64,000 nucleotides of DNA from an uncultured cyanobacterium (lineage in GTDB: Bacteria > Cyanobacteriota > Cyanobacteriia > Pseudanabaenales > Pseudanabaenaceae), in the NCBI GenBank assembly GCA_963703315.1, contig OY969811.1, forward strand, positions 3,104,001-3,168,000, written 5' to 3'. This document shows positions 39,799 through 50,635 of this stretch, piece after piece. The notes beneath the pieces are model-generated. The model was not told the origin of the DNA, did no database searches, and was given only the letters and a program-made list of their open reading frames with translations. The number at the start of each line of letters is the position of its first letter. The stretch's first letter is position 1. A program made the position numbers and the translations under genes.

Positions 39799-41685
39799 TT
39801 AAGAGTTTGGGCGGATAAATTTTTGGATGCCAGTTGGTAAGTTTTGACGCAACCAATCCTTGACTTGAGGGAATTGCATTGCAGCTAAGCCACTACCCAA
39901 AATTAAAGCAACTAAAATCAAGATGATAATAAAAGCGCTATTAGTTTGCTTTGGTACTGCGAATTCCGTTTTGGCTGAATCTGGATCATCATCACTGATG
40001 TTAGATCCGAGATCTTCGGGGATTTCTGAATCTATGGATGTTAATGCGAGAGCGCCTGCTGGATCTTCAGCATCAGTCTTAATTCCTTCAGTATCGATAT
40101 CTTCTTCAATATTCTCAATAGTTGTAGAGATGTTACCTTCACTGACTTGATTTTCATCCGCATCGGCGGGGGCAAAGCGGCAGCGCATCAGGGCAACCGT
40201 AATATTGTCATGTCCATTTAGCTTATTTGCCTGATCGATCAAATCCTGACAACTGCGATCAAGGGGCTTATGATCATTCAAAACTGGCATTAAATAATCA
40301 TCACAAATTTGTTCGACGCGATCAAAATCGCTGAGACCATCTGAACAAAGTAGTAATACACAATCTTCATCAATCAAAAACCTTTGCACTCTTGGCACAA
40401 GCATATCTGATGATCTTGTGCCTAATGCCTGAATCAAAGCCCCGCCATCAATACGTTGGGAGGAATAAGCATAGAAGTTATAGCCGAGGGTGGTTTCGCG
40501 AGTAGCGACATCATCATCGAGGGTGACTTGACGCAAATTATCTTTGGTAATGCAATAGAGGCGGCTGTCTCCCACGTGGACGACGTAAACCTCATTGCTC
40601 ATCTTGCCGTGAGGACGTGGCATCACAGTCATCACCAGAGTGGTTCCCATGCGTTGTTGAGCATGACGTTGCTGTTGGTCATTAATCGCCACAATTTGAT
40701 TATTGACAACGCGAGTCACCATTTCTAGTTGGGCGATAAAACCTTGGGCGGAGAAGTCTGGATCGTTTTCAGCTTGATGTAATAAAGTTTTTAGCTGTTG
40801 TTCGAGGGTCTTGATTGCCAGTGAACTGGCTACTTCACCGCCTTCATGTCCGCCCAGACCATCACAGACGATCGCTAAGCGATCTCGTAAACTATCCGCC
40901 TGCTCGGTGCGTTTTTGACGCTTAATGTCAGGATAGCAAGCATCTTCGTTATGTTCTCGCTGCTGTCCTACATCGGTGGCACTGACGATGCGTACGGTGA
41001 GGGGTTGCTCCTCCATGATTTTGAGGGACATCTGATCGAGATAGGCGATCGCACTATTTACGTCATAGTCACCACGTCCCAAACTATAGAAAAACTCTGC
41101 GATCGGTTCGGCAATTTCAGGCTGAGCATGATCGAGCCACTGTACCCAAATATCGCCTAGTTGTGCTATCTGGACGGCGGCAACATCGGCTTGCAATTCC
41201 AGTAAGCGTACCCACATCCCATCGACACGTACCAATTTTGGCTCGATTAAGGTGCGAGTCATGTTTTGTTCAGCAAGGGGCTGCCACAGATTTAAGACTT
41301 GCCAGAGTAAATTAATTTGCCTGAGTGCTGATGCTTCTGCCCATGCTTCGGCTAAGGTTGGGCAAAGATTACCTTGACGATCAATCGGTACATTTTCTAA
41401 TAAAAATACTTCAGAAAGATTTAGCTCTTCTCCCAGTAGTAGCAAACCATAGGGGCGTGGTAAATGGAGGCTTAGCCGCGAAAGTTTCAGATAAGATACT
41501 ACATAGGTCTGAAATTCAAGGGGCAACTCAGGTAGTGTGAAAGCATCGGTATCCACAACTATTTGTGAGGACAGGACACGGTAGCGATCGCCAAGCAGGG
41601 ATTCGGGTGGAAATGCTTCGGTGTCTAATCCGACTGCCCAAAGATATTGCTGTTCAACTGCCGTAGCTTGCTCTTGTTTTTCCAT
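39799..41685 (-). CDS. PP2C-family Ser/Thr phosphatase with N-terminal extension and C-terminal TM helix
   Basis: REHNEDA, VCDGLGGH, HVGDSR, CSDGL and GHDNIT motifs. Confidence 0.92.
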   Translation of the reverse strand: MEKQEQATAVEQQYLWAVGLDTEAFPPESLLGDRYRVLSSQIVVDTDAFTLPELPLEFQTYVVSYLKLSRLSLHLPRPYGLLLLGEELNLSEVFLLENVPIDRQGNLCPTLAEAWAEASALRQINLLWQVLNLWQPLAEQNMTRTLIEPKLVRVDGMWVRLLELQADVAAVQIAQLGDIWVQWLDHAQPEIAEPIAEFFYSLGRGDYDVNSAIAYLDQMSLKIMEEQPLTVRIVSATDVGQQREHNEDACYPDIKRQKRTEQADSLRDRLAIVCDGLGGHEGGEVASSLAIKTLEQQLKTLLHQAENDPDFSAQGFIAQLEMVTRVVNNQIVAINDQQQRHAQQRMGTTLVMTVMPRPHGKMSNEVYVVHVGDSRLYCITKDNLRQVTLDDDVATRETTLGYNFYAYSSQRIDGGALIQALGTRSSDMLVPRVQRFLIDEDCVLLLCSDGLSDFDRVEQICDDYLMPVLNDHKPLDRSCQDLIDQANKLNGHDNITVALMRCRFAPADADENQVSEGNISTTIENIEEDIDTEGIKTDAEDPAGALALTSIDSEIPEDLGSNISDDDPDSAKTEFAVPKQTNSAFIIILILVALILGSGLAAMQFPQVKDWLRQNLPTGIQKFIRPNS

Positions 41686-42045
41686 GAAGGTTATTAATCG
41701 CTTGCCAAACTTAGTGGGGGATATAGTGAAAAGCTTAGGTAGATCTGAAAATAACAGGGTTACCTGAAAGTAACAGTATTAAACGTTTAGTCCATTTCTT
41801 CAAGAGACATTTGGCTATTGTAGCGAAACAAACCCAAGCTCATAGATATTAACTTATTGCCAGATTTCTCTAAAATTTAGTTATGGTAGTGACTATGCTG
41901 CTAATTAGCAAGAGTTAAACTTAACAACAAAACTGGAATACCTATTTTTTCTTCCATTTATTTTTCGATTTAATTTTCCGATTTAATTTTTGATTTTATA
42001 AAACCTCTTTTTCAATCCTTTAAATTTATTTCACTACTACATCCT

Positions 42046-43110
42046 ATGAAGCATCAACTGACCCATCGTGAACAAAAAGTTCTTTGGGCAACTATCGATC
42101 ACTATATCCAGACGGCGGAACCCGTTGGCTCCAAGGCTTTAGTATCCGAATATGACTTTGACATTAGCCCTGCCACGATCCGTAATGTGATGAATATGCT
42201 CGATCGCAGTGGTTTGTTATTTCAACCTCACACATCGGCGGGGCGCGTCCCCTCAGACTCTGGCTATCGAGTCTATGTCGATGAATTAATCGATCCTGCG
42301 AGTGAGCTAACCTACAGTACTCACCAGTTTCTCGCGAGTAAGAGCGATCGCCTCGGTAAGTCTAGTCTCGATGGAGTATTGCGCGATGTAGCCCAAATTT
42401 TGTCAACTTTAAGTGGCTGCATTGCCGTGATTACTGCCCCAAATATGCAGACAATGCGAATCAGACATTTGCAATTAGTGATGGTGGATCATTGCAAGGT
42501 AATGGCGATCGCGGTTAGTGACACTTACCACACTGCCTCGGTAACGATGGATTTACCTAGCGAAACTAAGCCCGAAGTTTTAGAAGGTGAATTAAATATT
42601 CTCAATAATTTTTTAAACGAACATTTGCGCGATAAAAACTGGTCAGAACTAAGTAGCGCTTTGCAATGGAACGATCTTGATCGTCAGTTTCAGCAATATG
42701 CGGTGTTGTTGCAGCAGTCTTTGCAGCAATTGATGAGATTATGCGATCGCACAGCTTTGGGACAGATGTTTATTAGTGGCTTAACGGAACTATTACGTCA
42801 GCCCGAATTTTCTAATCTCCGACAGGTAAAAAATATTGTGCAGTTACTAGAAGCAGATCGGGCTTCATTAATGGCACTCATTGTCGATCAACCCACTCCT
42901 TCCGCTAACTCTGTCAGTATTCGCATCGGTTCTGAAATCTCCATCGAGCCAATTCAGAACTGTACTTTTATTTCGAGTACTTATCTCTGTGATGATAAGC
43001 CAGTAGGGACGGTGGGTGTCTTGGGTCCAACACGTTTAGGATATACAAGGGCGATCGCCTCAGTACAGGCAGCAGCACTACATCTAACCGATGCGATTAG
43101 TAAGTGGTAG
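42046..43110 (+). CDS. hrcA: Heat-inducible transcription repressor HrcA
   Basis: YIQTAEPVGSK, SPATIRN, PHTSAGRVPSDSGYRVYVD and GVLGPTR motifs. Confidence 0.96.
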   Translation: MKHQLTHREQKVLWATIDHYIQTAEPVGSKALVSEYDFDISPATIRNVMNMLDRSGLLFQPHTSAGRVPSDSGYRVYVDELIDPASELTYSTHQFLASKSDRLGKSSLDGVLRDVAQILSTLSGCIAVITAPNMQTMRIRHLQLVMVDHCKVMAIAVSDTYHTASVTMDLPSETKPEVLEGELNILNNFLNEHLRDKNWSELSSALQWNDLDRQFQQYAVLLQQSLQQLMRLCDRTALGQMFISGLTELLRQPEFSNLRQVKNIVQLLEADRASLMALIVDQPTPSANSVSIRIGSEISIEPIQNCTFISSTYLCDDKPVGTVGVLGPTRLGYTRAIASVQAAALHLTDAISKW

Positions 43111-43236
43111 TCCTAAAAAGCTTATATACGCTGATTTAATCTCGAAAAAATGCGATCGCCCCACAAGATGCCATGCGATCCTTTAAACTGGAAGAGATCT
43201 AAGATTTTCTGTTTTTCTCAAATATTTTCAAAGCTA

Positions 43237-43677
43237 ATGCCAAGTTCGACCAATTTACCTGAAACTATTGATCGCATTGTCCAGCGATTTCAGAGGCTAT
43301 CCGATCCAAAACAACGTTATGAGCAGTTAATTTTGTACGGGAAGAAGCTGAGTGACTTTCCTGAAGCCTTGAAAACTCCTGAGAACAAAGTACAGGGTTG
43401 TGTTTCGCAAGTATATGTCATAGCGAAATTGGATGAAAATGAGCGAGTTATGTTTGCTGGTGACTCGGATGCTTTGATTAGTAAAGGTTTTGTTGGGTTA
43501 CTGGCAATCTGTATGGGGGGCTTAACACAAAAGGAAATTGAGTTGCTCACGCCCGACTTTATTAAAGACACAGGTTTAGTGGCAAGCCTTACCCCTTCAA
43601 GGGCAAATGGCTTTTATAACGTATTCAAAAAAATGCAACAACAAGCGATCAAAATTGAATTACCTAGCGTTCGCTAA
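43237..43677 (+). CDS. sufE: SufE-family sulfur acceptor
   Basis: KVQGCVSQV, GDSDA and LTPSRANGF motifs; start placed at MPSST. Confidence 0.92.
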   Translation: MPSSTNLPETIDRIVQRFQRLSDPKQRYEQLILYGKKLSDFPEALKTPENKVQGCVSQVYVIAKLDENERVMFAGDSDALISKGFVGLLAICMGGLTQKEIELLTPDFIKDTGLVASLTPSRANGFYNVFKKMQQQAIKIELPSVR

Positions 43678-43712
43678 GATAATCAAAAGCCTCGCAAAGC
43701 GAGGCTTTTGAT

Positions 43713-44819
43713 TTAGACTACTGCGGTAATTGGACTTGTTGTAGATACCATTGCTGCAAGCACTTGACTGGGGGAAACCGTGAAGGGCAAGCGATGAATA
43801 TCGGAATTTGGCTGACAGGCGATCGCCGCAATCTGTTCTAATTCTGCAAGCGTGACTTGGCTCAAACCTAAATCAGCGAGGGTTGTCGGTAAGCCAATCT
43901 CTTGATAAAACTTCAGCAATTGATGGCGTGATGAGGCGGCGAGTTGATTGCCTTGAAATTCTTCTAAACGCAGTTGGACAAGAATTCCATAAGCAACCTT
44001 TTCACCATGCAAAGTGCCATGAGTTTGATGCAGGTGAGTCAGCGCATTGTGAATGGCGTGAGCAGCAACGGTACGGCAATTTGCGCCTCCAATCCCACCG
44101 ATCGCCCCCGCTAGACATACGGTTGCATCGACGACTTCGCGCCATGCTGGACTGTTCGGATTAGCGATCGCCTCAGCCGATTTTTGGAACAAAATATCGC
44201 GGAGGATTCTCGCTTCTTGCACTGCCGCAATTACCATTGTTTTTTCACTGCTGCCACTGCTAACGGATGACTCGTACCATTTAGCGATCGCGTCCCCAAT
44301 TCCAGAAACGAGCGTACGTTTTGGAGCAGTAGCGATTACGTCATAGTCCACGATCATCATCTCAGGGCAGCGATCGAGAGTTACGTCATAGTCAAACGCC
44401 CCCTGAGCATCATAGACATTGCTGAGAGCTGTCCATGCCGCACAGGTTGCGCCAGTGGTGGGAACGGTGGCGATCGGTAACTGGCATTGATGGGCGACTA
44501 ATTTAGAAGTATCTAAAACCTTGCCGCCGCCGATACCAACAATGACATGGGGATTTTCTTGCTGGACAATGCGCCGCAACATTGCCAGATTTTCATCACT
44601 GCAATCTGCGATCGCAGGGGCATGGATAATTTCTAGATCGGTATTTTTGAAATAGCTAGTAGTGACTTGACTGGCAGTTTTCCCCGCAATCACTAAAACC
44701 TTATGTCCGTAGCGTGATAAATATTTTGGGAGTTGCGCTAAAATTCCGTTTCCCCGTAAAAGTTGTGCTGGTGCGATCGCCAAAATTGGTAATGCTTCCA
44801 CCATAGTTGTGTCTGACAT
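43713..44819 (-). CDS. Iron-containing alcohol/glycerol dehydrogenase family protein
   Basis: GIGGGKVLDTSK, GDAIAKWYE, AAHAIHN and HGEKV motifs. Confidence 0.9.
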   Translation of the reverse strand: MSDTTMVEALPILAIAPAQLLRGNGILAQLPKYLSRYGHKVLVIAGKTASQVTTSYFKNTDLEIIHAPAIADCSDENLAMLRRIVQQENPHVIVGIGGGKVLDTSKLVAHQCQLPIATVPTTGATCAAWTALSNVYDAQGAFDYDVTLDRCPEMMIVDYDVIATAPKRTLVSGIGDAIAKWYESSVSSGSSEKTMVIAAVQEARILRDILFQKSAEAIANPNSPAWREVVDATVCLAGAIGGIGGANCRTVAAHAIHNALTHLHQTHGTLHGEKVAYGILVQLRLEEFQGNQLAASSRHQLLKFYQEIGLPTTLADLGLSQVTLAELEQIAAIACQPNSDIHRLPFTVSPSQVLAAMVSTTSPITAVV

Positions 44820-44912
44820 TAGGTTAAGACATGGTAAACATAACTTCCATTCTATAATTTATTTCAAAAAACCAAAAGACGATGGCGCACGTGCGCCATC
44901 GTCTTTTGGTTG

Positions 44913-46289
44913 CTAATGCTCAGCTATTCTTTGTAGCTTCACCATGAAAAAGCCATCCATGTCATGCTCATGGGGTAGCACTTTCACCCAACCGCGATCG
45001 CTGACAAAATGAGCAGCAGGATTTTCGGCACTCGGTGGCACAATTTGCCAATCGGGATGGTTTTCGAGGAATTTGGTAATTACTTCTTCGTTTTCCGCAG
45101 GATGTAAGGTGCAAGTGCTGTAAACAATTACGCCTTCAGGTTTGACCCATTGGGTAGCCTTTTCAAGAATTTCCGCTTGAGTTTTGGCTAATTTGTAGGG
45201 TTCATCAGGGGTTTGTCGCCAACGGGCATCAGCATGACGGTGCAATGTTCCGAGTCCAGAGCAAGGTACATCTAATAAAACGCGATCGCACTTAAGATTT
45301 GCCGAGCCTTCGCCTTCGGGCAGTCCTGCAAATTCACGGGCATCGACTTCAATGGTCTGCACATTGGTGATCCCCAAGCGGGCAGTGTTTTGAGTAACTT
45401 TCTTGAGACGATTGGCAAGGCGATCGAGGGCGTAAACTTTGCCCGTATTTTTGAGGCGATCGCTAATATGGGTCGTCTTGCCGCCGGGGGCAGCACAGGC
45501 ATCAATAATAATCTCATTAGGCTGAGGATCTAATAGATAGGTAACTAACTGAGCGCTAGCATCCTGAACTGACCACCAACCTTCTTTAAATTTCGGTAAT
45601 TGGCTGACATCACCCGAACCTTGCCCCACCCGAATCCCCTCAGGTAGATATGGGATCGGCTGGGCTTCAATATCTGCTTCGGCAAAAGCCGCTAGGACTT
45701 GATCCCGCGTTGCCTGTAAAAGATTTACCCGTAAATCGAGATGGGGCGTTTGGTTAAACCAATTACAAATATTTGCGATCGCTTCCTGACCAAATTCTTT
45801 TTGCCATAGCTCGATCAACCATTCAGGATAGCTATAAAAACTGGCGGGATCAGTAATATTTGCGAGAATATCTTCTTTTTCTTTGGCTCTAAGGATGGAT
45901 CGCATCACCCCATTGGTAAACCCAGATAATCCCGTTAAATTATTTTCTTTAACCAGTTCTACTGTGGTGTGAACGATCGCCGATGACTTGATGCGATCGA
46001 GAAAACATAGTTGATAGATACCAATCTGTAAGATTATTAATAAATCTGGTGGTAATTTTGTAGTCGGTTTTTGTGAAAAGTTTTGCAAAACCGCTTGCAG
46101 AGTTTTCTGGCGGCGTGTACAACCATAAACTAACTCTGTAATCAGACGGCGATCGCTTTCTAGGAGGGTAATATTATCTTGTCGCGCCCTTGAAAGAGTG
46201 CAGTCTAGAGCTACATCAGCGTATGCATTGCGTCTTTGAATCAAGCGCAGCGCTTCTAAGGCAATTTGTCGAGAATTCTTACTCGTCAT
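44913..46289 (-). CDS. rsmB: 16S rRNA m5C967 methyltransferase RsmB (Sun/Fmu)
   Basis: NusB-like N-terminus; DACAAPGGKT, DVPCSG and YSTCT motifs. Confidence 0.95.
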   Translation of the reverse strand: MTSKNSRQIALEALRLIQRRNAYADVALDCTLSRARQDNITLLESDRRLITELVYGCTRRQKTLQAVLQNFSQKPTTKLPPDLLIILQIGIYQLCFLDRIKSSAIVHTTVELVKENNLTGLSGFTNGVMRSILRAKEKEDILANITDPASFYSYPEWLIELWQKEFGQEAIANICNWFNQTPHLDLRVNLLQATRDQVLAAFAEADIEAQPIPYLPEGIRVGQGSGDVSQLPKFKEGWWSVQDASAQLVTYLLDPQPNEIIIDACAAPGGKTTHISDRLKNTGKVYALDRLANRLKKVTQNTARLGITNVQTIEVDAREFAGLPEGEGSANLKCDRVLLDVPCSGLGTLHRHADARWRQTPDEPYKLAKTQAEILEKATQWVKPEGVIVYSTCTLHPAENEEVITKFLENHPDWQIVPPSAENPAAHFVSDRGWVKVLPHEHDMDGFFMVKLQRIAEH

Positions 46290-46510
46290 CGGCAGTTATA
46301 TCAGGTCAGGTTAAAGGGTTATCGAAAAGATTAAGTAACAGAGTTCCGCAATTATCAAAATTAAATAGTTGCACTGTAGACAAATGCAGTCATTATTTGG
46401 TATCTAAGAGCGTATATTCAGGCGATCTTTAATCATCTGTTACAAAGCTGTAAAAAAGCTTTAAATGTAGTAAAAAAGTGTGACGGTTACTGTGGGTGTA
46501 AGGAGAGGCA

Positions 46511-47611
46511 ATGGTTGATACTGGTGTGAGAGTTAGGAAAGCGAAATTTCCGACAGGAAGTAGCCTAGCACTTGGTTTAGCAATCGGTTTAATAAGTTTA
46601 ATTGTTGGTGTCGATCTTTTTTTGAATCCTAATATAAGTTCAAGCCTTTTGCTGCCATTTACGTTTGGAAGTGCTGGTGTTGCCTTCTTAGGAACTTTCG
46701 CCGTACCAGCTTTGCGTCGCCTCAAGGCTGGACAGATCATTCGTGAAGATGGTCCACAAGCTCACCTCAAAAAGCAAGGTACACCAACGATGGGCGGGAT
46801 CTTCATTATACCCGTCGGCATTTTATTGGGGTTGGTCTGGTCGGGCTTTAATGACAAAGTAATTGCTTGCAGCTTGCTAACTCTCTCCTTTGCCTTTATT
46901 GGTTGGCTAGACGACTGGAAAATTTTGCGCCGTCACTCTAATAAAGGTTTATCTCCTCGCGCCAAACTTCTATTGCAAGCTGCATTTGCGGCTTGTTTTT
47001 GTGCATGGCTAGGGCTAACTCAAAACTGGCAAGCGATCGCCACGCTTAATTTGCCTCTAAAATTCGTACTGCCCCTAGGTTTATTATTTTTCCCTCTCGC
47101 CTTGTTTGTATTTCTTGGTAGCAGTAACGCCACAAATCTTACCGATGGCTTAGATGGTTTAGCAGGTGGGACAGGGGCGATCGCCTTGTTTGGGATGGGT
47201 TTATTACTATTTCCCCAAAACAAAGAATTAGCCATCTTCTGTATGTGCCTCAGTGGTAGCTATTTAGGATTTCTATGGCACAATCGCTACCCTGCCCGTG
47301 TATTTATGGGCGATACAGGCTCACTCGCTTTAGGTGGGGCGCTTGCCTCGACTGCGATCCTTGGTAACTTGCTCTGGGCATTCTTGATCATAGGCGCAAT
47401 CTTTATCTGGGAATCGATTTCGGTGATTGCACAGGTTTCCTACTACAAAGCCACCAAAGACGAAACAGGTATGGGTAAGCGTCTGTTCAGAATGGCTCCC
47501 TTTCACCATCACTTAGAGCTTAGTGGCTGGCATGAATTACACGTAGTGAGGTTCTTTTATCTGACAGGTGGTTTTCTAGTGGGGATCACACTTTTAATTA
47601 GTAAACTGTGA
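46511..47611 (+). CDS. mraY: Phospho-N-acetylmuramoyl-pentapeptide transferase
   Basis: KQGTPTMGG, NLTDGLDGLA, FMGDTGS and MAPFHHHLE motifs. Confidence 0.97.
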   Translation: MVDTGVRVRKAKFPTGSSLALGLAIGLISLIVGVDLFLNPNISSSLLLPFTFGSAGVAFLGTFAVPALRRLKAGQIIREDGPQAHLKKQGTPTMGGIFIIPVGILLGLVWSGFNDKVIACSLLTLSFAFIGWLDDWKILRRHSNKGLSPRAKLLLQAAFAACFCAWLGLTQNWQAIATLNLPLKFVLPLGLLFFPLALFVFLGSSNATNLTDGLDGLAGGTGAIALFGMGLLLFPQNKELAIFCMCLSGSYLGFLWHNRYPARVFMGDTGSLALGGALASTAILGNLLWAFLIIGAIFIWESISVIAQVSYYKATKDETGMGKRLFRMAPFHHHLELSGWHELHVVRFFYLTGGFLVGITLLISKL

Positions 47612-47643
47612 TAAAAAAAGGCGGTGCTAAGCACCGCCTTTTT

Positions 47644-48129
47644 TTATGGACATTCTAAAGAATCTCTTGTATCGACACCTGTTTTCGGATTTGTGCCTTT
47701 AGCTTTAGTGCATAGCCATTTGCGCTGTCCACCATCCATAATTGCATCGGTGAAGTCTGCACCATCAATATTCACAAAATCAAAGGTACTGCGTAATAAG
47801 ATTGTCTCTACTAGCAAGGCATTACTGAGATCCGCTTTAGCAAAATCTGCTTGATCGAGCAATCCTCCTGAAAAGTCTGCACCTTTTAAATTAGCTTTGC
47901 GTAAAACCGAAGCGCTAAATACTGTCCCTCTAAGATCCGCATTCTCAAAGTTTGCCCCTTCCATATTGGCATTGGCAAATCCTGATCCCACTAGCACTCT
48001 TCCTGAAAAATCCCGTCCTTTTAACTGAGCATGACTAAAGGATAAGGTTTCAGCCTGAGCATCGCTGGGAGATGTGAATAAACAGGCGATCGCCATGACT
48101 ACAATGATTGCCAAGCGTAAAAGTGACAT
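47644..48129 (-). CDS. Lumenal pentapeptide repeat protein
   Basis: Signal peptide, pentapeptide repeats and C-terminal LC..A.GTNP.TG..TR.SL.C. Confidence 0.9.
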   Translation of the reverse strand: MSLLRLAIIVVMAIACLFTSPSDAQAETLSFSHAQLKGRDFSGRVLVGSGFANANMEGANFENADLRGTVFSASVLRKANLKGADFSGGLLDQADFAKADLSNALLVETILLRSTFDFVNIDGADFTDAIMDGGQRKWLCTKAKGTNPKTGVDTRDSLECP

Positions 48130-48365
48130 ATATGTATAGCAAAAATAATATTTGTATCTTACTCCCTTACAACCGAAAAGCAGGGGGCGCTTCGCGCCCC
48201 CTGTTTTTCAGAGTAGTTTCTACGTGAAACCCAAAAATACAGGCGATCGCTATCTTGTAGCGATCGCCTGAGCAAAATTGAGAATGTAATAAAAATAATT
48301 TACGGAGGACGAGTTGAAGAGATTGGAGATCTGACTACAAAGAGTCTAATTCTCAACTTTGCTAA

Positions 48366-48476
48366 TTAGTTTTCAACGTAGTTGAAAAGTAGACCCATCG
48401 CGAGGATGGGGAGAATTACACCAGCAAGAGGTACGAAGATGTAAGAAACGTAATAATGTGCGTAGTATCCAGTCAT
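48366..48476 (-). CDS. psaI: Photosystem I subunit VIII
   Basis: 36 aa MTGYYAHYYVSYIFVPLAGVILPILAMGLLFNYVEN, directly downstream of psaL. Confidence 0.85.
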   Translation of the reverse strand: MTGYYAHYYVSYIFVPLAGVILPILAMGLLFNYVEN

Positions 48477-48576
48477 GGTTGTGGGTTTCCTTGAATAAGA
48501 TATAAAGTTGTTAGGGAAGTGATTTGGTTGAAATTCACGTAGCTGGGAATTGTGGTTAGCAATACCAGAAACGAGA

Positions 48577-49050
48577 TTAAGACCAAAGTAAACCAAGGAA
48601 TTTTTGCATTGGTTCTAGATAGACGAGGAAGTATGCAAATGCAGCACCGCCAGCACCACCAACCAAGAAGCTGCTAGCAAATTCGCTCCAGCCAGAGGGA
48701 GTACCAAGATCGGCAGGAGCCTCAAGTGCAGAGCTAGATTGGAGTTTGGTTACGTGCTGACCATGTAAGGACAAACCAGCAGTCAAAATCATCACAAAGG
48801 CTAAAGTTGCCAACAATCCAGCAAGGCTACCCAATTCGGTATTTCTCAGAGGACCAAGCAAGGCAAAAGGTCCATAGATGAAGTAACCATGTGCCATGCC
48901 AACTTCTAGACCACGACGGCTAGGAGACAAGCCTGCACGGTAAGCGGGAAGATTACCGACAAATGCCTTAACGACCGCAGAATCGCTAAAGGGGGTAGAC
49001 AAATTCCCTAGTTGGGGATCGTTCTTGAAGGGTTTTACAAAATCTGTCAT
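48577..49050 (-). CDS. psaL: Photosystem I subunit XI
   Basis: NLPAYR.GLSP.RRGLEVGMAHGYF and GPLR motifs. Confidence 0.96.
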   Translation of the reverse strand: MTDFVKPFKNDPQLGNLSTPFSDSAVVKAFVGNLPAYRAGLSPSRRGLEVGMAHGYFIYGPFALLGPLRNTELGSLAGLLATLAFVMILTAGLSLHGQHVTKLQSSSALEAPADLGTPSGWSEFASSFLVGGAGGAAFAYFLVYLEPMQKFLGLLWS

Positions 49051-49258
49051 AAGTCTTTATTAAGTAAAGATTGCAGGGAGAAATTTGTCTTCATTTTAGG
49101 GAATAAGCGCGGGTGTCACTGCATAAAGGGTGCGTATCTTTAGAAAACTTCACAACCTCTAGTAAAAAATTGGCAAAGCCAATTTTTTACTTTATAGCAG
49201 TAGCTACCCCAAAAGAGAGTGGCGGTGATTCGCGCCACCACTCTCTTTTGAGGTTTAG

Positions 49259-49912
49259 CTATACAGATGCTGATGGACATAAATCCGCAAGTTCACAGCG
49301 ATCGCAGGCAGGTTTACGGGCATTACACACAGCACGACCGTGATAAATAATCCGAATCGACCAGTTTTCCCAATCTCGTTGGGGCAGCAGTCCCATCAAA
49401 TCCCGCTCGACTTTGATGGGTTCCTCAAACTTTGTAAGTCCTAATCTTTTAGTAAGACGTTTTACATGGGTGTCAACGGTTACACCTGCATTGATCCCAT
49501 AGGCATGGGCTAACACCACATTGGCAGTCTTACGGGCTACTCCCGCCAGCTTCAGCAGTTGTTCCATCGTGTTTGGCACTTGCCCGTTAAAGTCGCGCAC
49601 GATCATTTCACAGGCACTACGAATATTTTTAGCTTTGTTACGATAAAAGCCTGTGGAGTGGACTAATTCCATCAGTTCATCCAGATCGGCATTTGCCAAC
49701 GCGATCGCATCAGGATATCGTGCAAATAATTTCGGTGTGACCATATTCACTCGTTCATCGGTGCATTGCGCTGAGAGGATTACGGCGACTAATAACTGCA
49801 CAGGTGTTTCATAATCCAATGAACAAGTTGCATCGGGATACAACCGTTTGAGACGAATTAAGATTTCGTTAGCCCGAACTTTTTTAGATGAACGTTTGGT
49901 AATAATTCCCAT
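49259..49912 (-). CDS. nth: Endonuclease III
   Basis: LSAQCTDERVN, HhH GVARKTANVV, VDTHV and 4Fe-4S C-x6-C-x2-C-x5-C motifs. Confidence 0.96.
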   Translation of the reverse strand: MGIITKRSSKKVRANEILIRLKRLYPDATCSLDYETPVQLLVAVILSAQCTDERVNMVTPKLFARYPDAIALANADLDELMELVHSTGFYRNKAKNIRSACEMIVRDFNGQVPNTMEQLLKLAGVARKTANVVLAHAYGINAGVTVDTHVKRLTKRLGLTKFEEPIKVERDLMGLLPQRDWENWSIRIIYHGRAVCNARKPACDRCELADLCPSASV

Positions 49913-50635
49913 TTAATCGTCTGTTTTGGCGGTAGCGTTGGAGAGTAATTCGATTTGCCTTAATGGTTGCCAGTTGCGAATGTCCTCTAAAAGTGCAAGA
50001 TAACCATGCGTATTTGGGTGTAAACCATCCTGACAAAGGCGATCGCTCCTCCAAGTTTGACCCCGTTCTTGCCATAGATCGAATATATCTAAGTAGGGAA
50101 TATCTCGCATTTGGCAAGCTGATTTCGTGAATTCTTTATAGCGGAATTGATCTTCGTGATTGAAATGTAAGCAGTCGAGAAAAGGCATTTTTGACTCATC
50201 AACAGGAACCATGCCCACAAATATTACGGGACAGAGAGTTTGAGCTTTTTCGAGCAAATTGACAATTTCTAAAGTGAAGCGATCGTAATCCGTCATGCTT
50301 CTATTACTGTCACGCTTGCCCACTCTCGCTGAGTCATTGACACCAACGGACAAAATGATCAAATCGGGGAGCTTATTGCGAAGTTCGCCCCGCAGCAAAA
50401 ATTCTTGCTCCAATCGTTGGTTAACCTGTGCGGCTGTATCACCACGTACGCCTAAGTTATAAAGAATGTGACCTGTTTCTGTACCCATCCAGTGCCGCCG
50501 CAGTTGCTCGACCCATCCACCATTGATCGGATCACCATAACCATAGATCAAGCTGTCACCAAAGGCAGTGACTCTTAGAGAGTGATGGGTGCGGGAGGTG
50601 AAAGTGGAAGTTTTGAGAAGGTTTAAAGTCGTCAT
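49913..50635 (-). CDS. SGNH/GDSL hydrolase
   Basis: FGDSL, NLGVRG, GVND and DGLHP motifs. Confidence 0.92.
   Translation of the reverse strand: MTTLNLLKTSTFTSRTHHSLRVTAFGDSLIYGYGDPINGGWVEQLRRHWMGTETGHILYNLGVRGDTAAQVNQRLEQEFLLRGELRNKLPDLIILSVGVNDSARVGKRDSNRSMTDYDRFTLEIVNLLEKAQTLCPVIFVGMVPVDESKMPFLDCLHFNHEDQFRYKEFTKSACQMRDIPYLDIFDLWQERGQTWRSDRLCQDGLHPNTHGYLALLEDIRNWQPLRQIELLSNATAKTDD

Noticed and set aside
41686..42045. Long intergenic region upstream of hrcA, checked for CIRCE or a hidden ORF
   Set aside because: No TTAGCACTC-N9-GAGTGCTAA and no convincing ORF; only T-rich low-complexity repeats.
48216..48230. gtttctacgtgaaac resembles a parS site
   Set aside because: It has an extra base relative to GTTTCACGTGAAAC, is single-copy, and no parAB genes are nearby.
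48477..48596. 76-aa ORF overlapping psaL
   Set aside because: Only the last 36 aa are PsaI; the upstream part is incidental open frame.
49139..49156. tttagaaa-ac-ttcacaac upstream of psaL, HLR1 (RpaB)-like
   Set aside because: Three mismatches in AT-rich DNA; plausible but not supportable from sequence alone.
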